A DNA stretch of 64,000 nucleotides, taken from IMG/VR virus record IMGVR_UViG_3300024999_000086, positions 8,109 through 72,108 of that record. One strand, given 5' to 3'. This DNA is from a virus. The translations under genes were made by a program, and so were the position numbers. The stretch's first letter is position 1; each line of letters starts with the position of its first letter. The notes beneath the pieces were generated by a model. That model was not told the DNA's origin, made no database searches, and worked only from the letters and a program-made list of their open reading frames with translations. This document shows, one piece after another, positions 49,948 through 59,829 of the stretch.

Positions 49948-49983
49948 AAAGTATCACCTATTAAGTAAGAAGTCAAGAATATT

Positions 49984-52900
49984 TCACTCATTATCTAAAT
50001 CTGAAATTGTTATTGGATACCCCATCCCATCAACGGCGGGAGCCTCACAGCAATTGGAGACTGCTTCAGGTCTAGAATCAAATCCCGTCGCGCCCCAAAA
50101 TTCGTAGGGCCCGACGCCGAAGTCGACGACAACGACCTCACAAGGCTCCAAGCAACGGCTGCAGATGCCGACCACGATGTCACCTCCGGAGCCTGGCTTC
50201 TTCAGCCGGCACATACCCGGCTTTTTTGAGATTACTCACACAATTGCTGTGGGCTGCCAGCGCCAGTGGCGCTCCAAGCCAGCCAAAACCCCAGGCATGG
50301 CAGGGTTGCATATCATTGGTTCTTGGGTTGACCATCGACGTGTTCATACTGACGCAACTGGTCAGAAAAAGCAGACTGATAATCACAATAGTTTTCATTT
50401 GATTACTCCAATTTTTTGATTGTACCGTTCGTTGCCCGATAATAAATCCTGCCGGCATTGTGGAGGTCGGCGACAAGGTCGATGAGTTCCTTAATCTCAA
50501 CGCTGCCAGCGGTAGCCTTACAGGAATTCACCCATTCCCGGACCTTGTTGACCCTGGAACTGATCTCTTTTGCGATCTCTTCCACCGGGGGAGTAAAGGA
50601 AAGGTAGTGCCCGAAATGGATCACAGTTGAGAACTCTCCCCAGACGAAATTATCTTGGTAATTATTAATAAAGAGGTTCCCACACTGACAGCCGGTCAGC
50701 TTCCGGGTCGTCTCCGCATTGATACTCTCGCCGTCGACCTTGACCTCTACCTTGCCGTCGGCGTCTATAATTTTCTCGATTTTCATTTTGATCCTCCTGT
50801 TTTGAATTTTGCGATCTTGCGCAAGCCGTCGTACCGGATCAGGACCTCGGCGCATTCGTTGGCCAAGTCCGCTTTGTTGGCATATTTGCCTACATATCGA
50901 TGGGACATGTCAGTGATGATGAAATCTTTATTCAGATCCCAGTCCTTCTGAACCGCAGCCTTTGACTTGTAATCCCGTTGATATGCTGGTGTTAACGTGA
51001 TCATTTTGATCCTCCTGTTTTAAATTTTAATACCCACACTCCGTGCAAATGATTTGGAGCCTCTTGCCGTTATGAATGATGAGGTTGTTGCCTAAGGATT
51101 GGTTGAAGGTCACATGATGACCGCAATCCAAAGTGAATTTCTGCCCTTTGAGGGCCTCCAACGCCCAGCGAAGTTCACTCGCCGGCTGATATTTTGCTGT
51201 CTGCGTCTTCGTCATTTTGGTCCTCCTTTACTCTAAGATTTGCTGCCCGTTTCCGGCCAAGACCTCCGCCGCGGCTATCGCCTCCTCTTCCGTAGGGTAC
51301 TCCCCGTAAAGGATGGGTATCCCGATGTCTTCGTAAATATCCCGAACTTCATCAATGCATTCGACATGAATCCAAATTTTATACACCCGATCCGGTGATT
51401 TCTCCAACTCATACCCCATTCTAAAATCCTCCTCTTTCTGAGTTTAAATTTTGACCCTCTCCAAGACCCACTCCCGGTCCGGGTTGTTGCGCATCCGCTG
51501 CAACGCATAGTCCTTTGGGAACCCCCTGTAATTCCCGTTCAACCACGCTTCGTGGACGTCCGCCCGCCAGTGGCGCCCGAAGTAGGCCTTGGCCTCCCTC
51601 AAAATTTCCTTTTCAGATTCTGTTGGGGACTTCATGGATGATTCCTCCATGCCGGTTTACAGAGGCAGCAATAATATGGTGCCTTCGTACCGTCCAGCTT
51701 GGTCAGGAATGAGCCGCAGGGCATTTTGCCCCCGTTGGTACCCTCGACGTTGGTCGGCGCACCACAACCCCCGTTTTGCCCCGGGATAAGCCTTCTGCTT
51801 TTGATTACAATCAAGGTCCCTCCGGATTCCTGGCAAGCCTTTGTGAGATTGTTCATGTTGTCACCCCACGTCATACGGATAAGGTTCGGCCATGATGTGG
51901 CCTTTGAAAATGATCAGGACCGCGTAGTCTTTCGAGTCGCCTTCAAAGTCATCAACCTTCCGAACTTCGTCTCTTGCCGCCGCTACAGCGAAGTTGATGT
52001 TGGCTTCATCCACGAAAGCGGTATAGATGTCGAATCCGAAGTCGTCCGTGACGTAATCAGGACGTTGTAAAATTACTGTGTATTTCATACTGTTGCCTCC
52101 TTTTTCTGGTAGTTTTAGACTACTTTTCAGTTTCTTCTTTTCTTCTCTGCCTCAAAAAATTGGGCAACCGTCGCATGCAGATCCTGTTTGAGGTACATTC
52201 CAGAGGCTATAGGCAGGCCCTTCATATACAGATCGAACATCAGGTTATTGACCAGAGTATGTGCGACCTTTTCAGTGTTGCTGAGATCTTTGACGGTGGT
52301 CATTGGTCACCTTCTTTTCTTTGTTGAGATATTTCCTGAGTCGATTTGCAGCTTCAACCATTGCCCAGGCAACGGCGTCTTCTTCGAAGTCTTCATGACG
52401 CTCTTCATAAGGCTTTTTCATCTGCCGAGCACAAGAGCGCAGCATTTTGATGAGTCTGTCAGTCGGAATTGGTTTCATACCTTGCCCTCCTTGCATTCAT
52501 CACGGCAACCATCACGGCGCCGGCTTCGATCCACCGCTCACTCATCCAAAGCTGCGGCCGGTCATACCACTGGGCCAGGATCCTGACCGCGAGCTGGATT
52601 TTGTTTTCATGCTGACGTCGGTAGAGCTTCATACCTTCCTCGCTTTCAAAAAGGCCTGCAAGACCTTGTCCAGGTCCCCGGCGTTGTTCCTGAGCCAAAG
52701 AAGCACCTCTGCCACCCCTTTGGCGCCCTTAATTTGATGGTCGGCGTACCAGCCGTCGAAATCGAGCACGGCCTGGTGCTGATCAGCAGCCTCTTTGAAT
52801 TGGAATTGCCGGCCGTCTGACGTTTGCCACAGGGACAGCCTTAATACATTGGATTTGTTCATGATTTATCCTTCTCAGGTTGCTTACCCAGAACATAATC

Positions 52901-54697
52901 GTCAGAGAGTTTTCTTCTCAGATCCTGAATTTCAGTTATTGTCTCTCGATCACGACGAGAATGAGTCTTATTGAATGCCCTCTTCTCGACCTCTTTCTCA
53001 TAGCAATTGAGAGCGTTGAGAGCTGTCAAAATCTCTGTCTTTGTCAAGTCGCCCATTTCAGACCTCCCTCAGATTGTCAGTTTTAACCATTCTCCAAACC
53101 CCGCCAGCGTCAATTTAGCCGCAACTTGCCGGCGCCACTCTTTGACCTTAAGCTCGTGAGGATCAGCGTGTTCGACGTGATAATCAACGGCACTCTTGGC
53201 TTCGGAAATGACATAGTCCATGTCACCGACGTAGCCCCAGCAGGAATCAATATCCTCGCCGTCGACGTCTTCAGCGACGTAGCCGTAGCAGTCACCGTTG
53301 GCCCAGGCGGAGAACTGCTCGGTAAGGGACTCCAAGTAGTTCAAAGCTCCCTGCCGTGGATCCTTTGCCCATTCCTGTTTCGCCGTCGATTTCGGAATCG
53401 CTACCATGCCTACCAGCCCCGAGTCCCAGGGGTCATTGAAGGGCTCGTTCCGGTAAGCGACGCCGCCGTGTTCAAACTTGTAGATCGGAAGCCAGTAGTG
53501 AATCTTTTCAAATTCGTGGTCAGATTCTTCGTTGTTAGCAAAACGAATCAGAAACTGGTTAATACCACACTCCGGCTCCTCCCCTCTAAGCCAGTATCTG
53601 TTGTGATCCCTTCTCGTCGACGTGAAGAACAACGTCCCCGCGGGCTGGTCGTCTTCAGTGATCGGGTTCTGGGCGTCTTCATCTTGAAAAATCTTGATCT
53701 TGTGATTTCGGTAGTCAATGGTTTCGATTGGGTTCATGCCCTGGCCCTCCTCCCAGTTCCGGATACTGAAAAGACTTGGAATTCGACGACTCGCCGGCCC
53801 TCAGGTCTAAACGTGGTGACGGCCTTGACCGGGCGCTTTTTCTTGTCCTCGAAGTATTGCACTGCACAAACTTGACGTTGCTTTTCCATTTTGATTCTCC
53901 TTTTTATCTGACTGATTTTAGGGTAGTTTTAAACTACTCTTTCTTTGCAAACCTCGGCACGAAGCAGTTCCCCAACTCGCCGGTAACATGGTCGAGGTAG
54001 CGGTTGATGCCTGTGATGTCGTGGATGAAGTTGAAGTCGTCGGCATTCAGGAGCTTCTCCAGGTCCAACGGGCAACCGTTCATGTGGCATGCGGTGACGT
54101 CCATAATGGAGTCGAAGACCTCATAGCCTTCGAACATTTCCGCGGCCCGGGCCGCGGTCTTTTTGATCAGCACGCTGTCTTTCTCGTTTGAATTCCAGTT
54201 CATATTTGGGCCCCCTTTGCATAGCATTTTTCTGCCTCGTTTCTTTGGATCGCAGTCAACATCCGTTTAGCGAGCTTGGGGTCATGGTGAATTCTGGTTT
54301 CCAGTTCCCAGCATCGGTCACAGAGCTTTGTCCCGAGCATTGTTGTTGGCTTTCCACACCAAGTACAGGGGACTGTTTCTTCTTTGGTCATTTACAGACC
54401 TCCTCCAAGTTAAAGTTCCCGGCAACGTACTTGACGTCTCCGTCGTCGCAGACGTAGGCGTTGACGTTGACGTCGGCGTTGACGTCGGGCTCGAGGTAGT
54501 TTAAAACTACCGCCAATGACACTCCCAAGACCAAACTAATAATGATTCTCATGACTTAGCTGCCTCCTCTTGCTGAATTCAACGGCTTGCCGGATTTTCT
54601 CCTCGGTTTTGATTTTGGGATCTTCCGGTTTGTATGCCCTTCTGAATGCCCTGGCTTCCCGATGTTCTTTGGACGGGAATTTTATTAAAGTTCCCAT
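49984..54697 (-). CDS. Array of about 20 small early ORFs, including a lipoprotein-like ORF (50180-50398), a conserved phage protein (53069-53737) and a DUF6874-like ORF (53934-54203)
   Basis: Tightly coupled ORFs with AGGAGG RBSs; 'MDVTACHMNGCPLDLEKLL.ADDFNF.HD..GI' and 'HGG....F.DPWDSG.VG...DSCWGY' motifs. Confidence 0.6.
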
Positions 54698-54728
54698 GTG
54701 GACGTTCTCCTTTTTCTGATTTGGTTTA

Positions 54729-56035
54729 TTACAAGGCGTCAAGAAGACGTTGAGCCCCATCGCGGATCTCAGCCGCTTTGAGTTTCAAGTGCTCTCTATC
54801 AAGATGGTCCCAGGCCCAAGCTCGATATGGAGATCCCTCTCCCAGGCAGCCGTTGCTGTTACCCCAAACTTCTTTCATGGGGCAGACGTCGGCGCAGACG
54901 GCGACGTCTGCCTGGTCATACCCAACTTCACCATAACTTTCCTTGACATAACTGCACATTGGACAACCAAAAAGATATTGGTCTGCGCCTGCTGGCTTCC
55001 TCTGGTTGCCAGTTTTGGCGAGTTCCGCCCACAGATCCACGCATGCTTTCAAAGCTTCTTTGAGTGTCATTTTTTGATCTCCTTTAAAGTAGTTTTAGAC
55101 TACCTCTACAAAATGCTTGAGTTTTCCACATTTTGTACAGGTTAAATTTTGGATTACTTTCTGATCTAGAAAGTAATAAGGAATAGTTTCTCCTGGAGTA
55201 ATGCCTATGATCTTCTTTAATCGTTCAAGTTTAGACTCTGTAATGGTTTCTGAAATGAGTTTCCAGTCGTGTTCGCAAAACATCAGCGGTCCTCCAGTTC
55301 ATCTAATTCGTCGAGAAGACGTTGAATTCCGTCACGGATTTCTTGTGCGTAATATTTTTTGTCTGAAGTTGTCACGGCAATCTTCCGCCAGTATGCATAA
55401 GGCGACCCCGGCCCCATACAACCTTTATTCGTTGTCCAAATTGTCTTTAACGGGCAGACCTTGCCGCAGACGTAGTCGTTGAGGTGGTTCTTGTGCACGG
55501 GCCGGCCCAAGCTGTAGACGTAATGGCATGCGGGATTACCTTTAAAATATACTGCAGCCCAATCAGGTACAGTCAGACGTTTGGTAATCATCAACTCATT
55601 CCACAGTTTAAGACTCAATTCCAGAGCTTCTTTTAGTTCCATATTTAATCCTCAATAGCTATCAATTATGCGGATGATCCCTGAAATAATTTCTTCCGCG
55701 GCGAGTTTCCGTTCGTTATCCGTTTTGGCATGGGCATAACGATAATACGGGGACCGCCATTTATTTCCCCAGCACCCTTTGGAATGGTATCGTTGGGGAC
55801 GTTGACGTGGTGGGAATGGCGGATCCCATATGGACCTCATGGGGCAGATGACGTCGCAGTCGCAGTGTTTTTGATTCGAACCAAGGTCAACTTCGGGATA
55901 ATGTTCCAGGACAAATTCACAAGCGGGGCAGGAGTTGCAGTAAATGGCAGCCCAAGAAGGTTTTTCCTGGGCTGCCGTGCTGGCCATTTCTTTCCAGATT
56001 TTCAATGATTCCAAGAGGGCTTCTTCCTTATCCAT
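54729..56035 (-). CDS. Three paralogous Cys-motif proteins (54729-55070, 55283-55642, 55652-56035) plus 55095-55283
   Basis: Shared 'EAL....lW.E', 'PxC', 'CP...W', 'GC.G..SPY' and 'A.EI..G..R' motifs. Confidence 0.7.
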
Positions 56036-56078
56036 GCGGTCCCAGTGTGCAGAATTTTGACGTTATTCAAGTTCTGGT

Positions 56079-56810
56079 TCAAGTCAGAGTTTTGATTTTC
56101 TTTCTTCTCCCGGCGTTACCTCGGTACAATGAGAGGTGACAATTTGCTGGTGAAAATCCTTGATTGCAGTCTTTTCTGATCACATATTTCTGACCTAAAT
56201 AAGCTGGGTCAAACACCTCTTTGTAATTGGGTTCTGAAAAGACCCAACCCAGGAACCAGACAAAATCTTCTGCCCAGAGTTTATCAATAGGAAGTTTTCC
56301 TTGTTTTGCTTTCTTTTTTATGTTGGTCCAGACGTGGAACATTTCATGTCTATATTTTGCCGTACCGAAAAGTTCTTTTGGCCAGGGCTTTCCTGGAGAA
56401 ATGCATCCACAGGACAGCACGGAATGGGGGTTGTTTGTGGTAGTTTTAAACTGCTTGCCACAAAGGCAACGCCCGACAAATTTCTTGCCCTGACGATGGA
56501 CCTGAGTCCAGAAATTATATTTGATCCCAAGTTTGAAGTTTTCGTCGTATTCTTTTTGGTTCTGGATCCACTCTGGGTGGTATAGGCATCCACAACTTTT
56601 TGGCTTTCCAGCGGTCAAATTATGTTTCAGAACTGGAAACGGTTTTGAAAGTCCGCACTCACATGTAACCAACCAGGTACTTTTTCCGAGGTATTTTTCA
56701 ACAGTGAGCTTGCCAAATTTTTGGCCAATGATGTCTTTGGGTGGTCTACCTTTGCGTTTTAAATTGTAAGATTCTGAGAGATCGATGACAGGTGGCCTCG
56801 GATGTCCCAT
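56079..56810 (-). CDS. Homing-endonuclease-like protein (Cys-repeat N-terminus, degenerate HNH-like C-terminus)
   Basis: DIIGQKFGKLTV, CECG, KSCGC and SCGC motifs; 'IRKDCNQGFSPANC'; GGAGG RBS before ATG 56810. Confidence 0.6.
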   Translation of the reverse strand: MGHPRPPVIDLSESYNLKRKGRPPKDIIGQKFGKLTVEKYLGKSTWLVTCECGLSKPFPVLKHNLTAGKPKSCGCLYHPEWIQNQKEYDENFKLGIKYNFWTQVHRQGKKFVGRCLCGKQFKTTTNNPHSVLSCGCISPGKPWPKELFGTAKYRHEMFHVWTNIKKKAKQGKLPIDKLWAEDFVWFLGWVFSEPNYKEVFDPAYLGQKYVIRKDCNQGFSPANCHLSLYRGNAGRRKKIKTLT

Positions 56811-57153
56811 AGGTGCTTCCTCCAGGATTGTTAAAGGTTGTTCTATACCTCTGAGTATATCACAGATAATAAAAATAACAAGAAAAATGGTGTCGCCTAT
56901 GGTTGGATGCTTTCTCACATGAGGTGAAATTTTCAAGGATTCTTTTTGTGAATTTTTTGCCTCGCGATAGCCATTTCCAACTCTAAGCACAACAAAATGA
57001 ATGTTACAAAAGTTATCTCATTGAAAGAACGTTTGTTATTTTAGTCGTATTTTTTATCTTCACAAAAAACAGGTTCTTTCAGGTATTTAGTTGTGAATTT
57101 TTTTCTTTTCAGGTTTGTCGGAAATAGCTGGTTTTATTAGAACTTATTTTTGA

Positions 57154-57202
57154 GTGTGGCAATCTTGACACAGTGGGTGTGTCATTTTTGACACAGTGGG
57201 TG
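57154..57202. repeat. 23-bp tandem repeat with internal TGTGTCA-N4-TGACACA dyad
   Basis: GTGTGGCAATCTTGACACAGTGG followed by GTGTGTCATTTTTGACACAGTGG, inside a ~500-bp AT-rich non-coding gap. Confidence 0.8.
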
Positions 57203-57500
57203 AAAATTGGCTCTTAGATGAAAAAATGGTTAAAAAGGTATCTGAGGTAGGCTAAAGGCCTGAAAGTTGACCTGGAGCTGATTTGGACGTCTTGTGGACG
57301 TTGTTTTAGGTAGGCTATCGCGGTTTTATGGCATGGGGGCGGGCTCCAGCTCCCCTAACCAGGAGAAACTTTCTGCAGGTCAAGGTCAAGGCCATCATCA
57401 ACAGCCCCATTCGTACGTCTAATTTGACTCCAGTTGGATTTTTAGCCCTCCCCCCTGCCCACGGTATTCACTGACCTACTTTTTTGAATACAAGTCAAAT

Positions 57501-59087
57501 TTACCCCTCTTTACGTCGACGTCGTTTATAACATCCTCCATTCATCCAAATAACGCCGGGCGAATCGTCCGGTGGCATTGTCTGTTTGGTACCGGAACCT
57601 GTCCATTGGTACCGCGTTTCATCTCTCTTGAGGGCCAGGTACTCTTCAGAAACGCCAACGTAATGCCGGACGATACCTCCATGTTGCCGTCGATATGCTT
57701 TGCATTGCAGCTCATCCCCTTCGAAAGTGGTTACCCCGGCATGATCGACAAACCATCGTTCTTTGGTAGGTTTGGATTGCTTAATATTCTCATCCTTGAA
57801 TGGCCAATTTGTTTGCAGTAAATTCCAGGTCATTTTATCCCCCGTTTTGGTAGTTTAAAGCTACTTTTTGGATATCTAAACGTCCCTTCTTAGGGCATTT
57901 TTAACGTCCTGCCCGACGTCTTGCTGGCGTCCCTCCCCGCTTTGCGTACGCTCTACAGCGGCTTTTTCTGTAGACCAAACGCAAAGCGGGGAGGGTGATT
58001 AATCACCCTCCCCGCTCCCCTGCCGGGTAGTTTAAAACTACTTGCTACATTGTCGCAACCAACAGGTTAATGTTAGCCTCGTTCACGTCCAGGCCCTTCT
58101 GGGAAAGAATAGCCTTCGCCCGGTCCTTCTTCTCAGTGTGGGCGATATTGTCAGCCTTTGCTCGCAATTCTTTGGTAGCTTCACGGAGGGCAACAGCGGC
58201 CTTGGCATGGATAGCCTTCATCTCATCAATGGTATGAGCCGGCACGGACTCCCCAAGGACGTCCCATGCATCGGACAGTTTATCGCGCTCAACCCGTGCC
58301 GTGTAAGCGATGACCGTGCAGTTATCCCCGGCGAAGTGAAGGCTGTAGGTCTCATTGGTGGCCTTGACCATGGCAAGGCCAAGAGACCGTTTAAGGGACT
58401 GCTTTGCGGCCTTTGTTCCAGTGAATACCGCCATGGACAGGGACAGGTGATCCACGAGACGGGCGTGGTCCTTTCCGTATTCCTGGACCATGGCGACACG
58501 TTCAACCGACAGCGCCTTGTTACTGGCGGTCACGGCCTCTCTGTTGACTAGGTTTGCGGCGGTGCGGCTGAAGTGGTTCAACCAGTCGATTGTGGTCAGA
58601 TCTGTTGCTGTTGCTTTCTTTTTCATTGTGGTTCTCCTTTTGTCTGATTGTTTGGTGGCTGTTACGGTATTGAGATTTCTTCCACTCGGAAGGTATCTCC
58701 ATCATTGGACTCTACATGGTGCAGGGTAAACGTTACTGTTACCTTGTCGCCTATCTCGTAGTGTTGTTGGCTACTGGTCCCCCATACCTCTGTGCCGACC
58801 TGCAAGCACACCACGTTGGTTGCAGCTTGAGGGAGACAGGGGCGAACCGTTGCCGTACCAGTTAATGTCATTCCTTGTTGCATTGATGCAATCATCACGG
58901 CAGTTAATAACAGGTTGTTCATTGTTCACGCTCCCAATGTTAAACTATAGATTGATTGATAACCTTGTGCGACAATACGCGCAAGGAACTTACCTAAGAG
59001 TGGCCGTAACCAGGCGCGGACATTAAGCGGGTTCAAGTAGTGTCGCCACTTGTCCGCTTGTGTCTTATGATTGGTCGAGCTGGTCAT
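57501..59087 (-). CDS. First ORFs of the early arm (57501-57833, 58045-58626, 58662-58922, 58947-59087)
   Basis: RBS-led ORFs downstream of the leftward promoters. Confidence 0.55.
57931..58016. other. Perfect 32-bp palindrome with an alternative 17-bp pairing partner
   Basis: 57985-58016 AGCGGGGAGGGTGATT|AATCACCCTCCCCGCT; 57931-57947 is complementary to 57979-57995. Confidence 0.85.
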
Positions 59088-59111
59088 GGTAATCCTCTTT
59101 CTGATACCTTT

Positions 59112-59140
59112 ACTTTATTCGATTAACCAGGGAACGTCAA
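59112..59140 (-). promoter_or_regulatory. sigma70-type leftward promoter
   Basis: TTGACG-N17-TAAAGT. Confidence 0.6.
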
Positions 59141-59174
59141 GTACTTTTAATTGACTTCCCTTCACTCTATACAT

Positions 59175-59298
59175 AGCAAGTAACGTGCCAGTTCGTAAGT
59201 ACTTGATCTTGTGTACTTTTAATTTTCGGAGCGGGGGGAAGTGACACTCTACGTCACTATTTTGTGACGAAAAACGTCAATGTGACAGTCTACGTCAC
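59175..59298 (-). promoter_or_regulatory. sigma54 promoter with IHF site and three upstream dyads
   Basis: TGGCACGTTACTTGCT (59175-59190); GATCAAGTACTTA (59196-59208); GTGAC-N7-GTCA(C/A) at 59241, 59264 and 59282. Confidence 0.75.
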
Positions 59299-59486
59299 CG
59301 TGAACGATGACGTATTACTTAATGTTAAGACGTACAACCTTATAACGTTAAGACGTATACCGACCACAACGTAGGACACCGGCCAGGCACGCGCACGAGG
59401 CACCCCCTTAAACCTGACAACTTTTTCTGCAGAATGTAATGTAAAATTACGTCAACGTCAACGTCAACGTCAGAGGAAACGTCCCC

Positions 59487-59515
59487 TTGACGCCAACGTC
59501 CAATCCTAATATAAT
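59487..59515 (+). promoter_or_regulatory. sigma70 promoter for the terminase operon, probably leaderless
   Basis: TTGACG-N17-TATAAT, then 6 nt, then ATG 59522; no RBS. Confidence 0.75.
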
Positions 59516-59521
59516 GCCGAT

Positions 59522-59827
59522 ATGAACGTCGATATCAACGCCGAAATCAACACCCAGCTCGACCGATGCAAAGCCCTTGCCGATGACGCCGCTGAGGATA
59601 GCGAGAGTCCGTTATCGCAAAGAGCGGCGGCAATGACGGCGTTGAACAATCTCCTGAAAGAGATCACGAAGTCGCAGTTGGAAGTGATCAATATGTCGAG
59701 ATTGCAGTTGCTGGAACAAACGCTGATCGACTTGCTGCCGGAGTTTCTGTCAGACACGCAAATAACTGATTTTATGGCAGAATACGAACGGCGACTCTCT
59801 GTCTTGGAACGCCGGGACACTGATTAA
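59522..59827 (+). CDS. Putative terminase small subunit
   Basis: 101-aa helical ORF directly upstream of terL; assigned by position only. Confidence 0.5.
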   Translation: MNVDINAEINTQLDRCKALADDAAEDSESPLSQRAAAMTALNNLLKEITKSQLEVINMSRLQLLEQTLIDLLPEFLSDTQITDFMAEYERRLSVLERRDTD

Positions 59828-59829
59828 TA

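Larger units (their letters stand above)
48723..49976 (-). mobile_element. TnpA-less IS200/IS605-like cassette (promoter, Zn-finger ORF, tnpB, right-end hairpin)
   Basis: Right end GGAATCCCCA...TGGGGAGGTTCAA; promoter TTGACT-N17-TACTTT at 49948-49976. Confidence 0.7.
52109..58041. repeat. Dispersed 15-bp palindrome GTAGTTT(T/A)AAACTAC, 7 copies
   Basis: Copies start at 52109, 53923, 54496, 55089, 56440, 57850 and 58027, each with at most 1 mismatch. Confidence 0.85.

Noticed and set aside
56958-56973. Possible second sigma54 promoter (TGGCTATCGCGAGGCA, minus strand)
   Set aside because: Only the GG-N10-GC spacing fits; the CAC and TT consensus positions are missing.
57985-58016. Perfect palindrome as a protelomerase (telRL) site
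   Set aside because: No protelomerase or tyrosine recombinase is visible in the window, and the GC-rich arms fit an RNA hairpin better.
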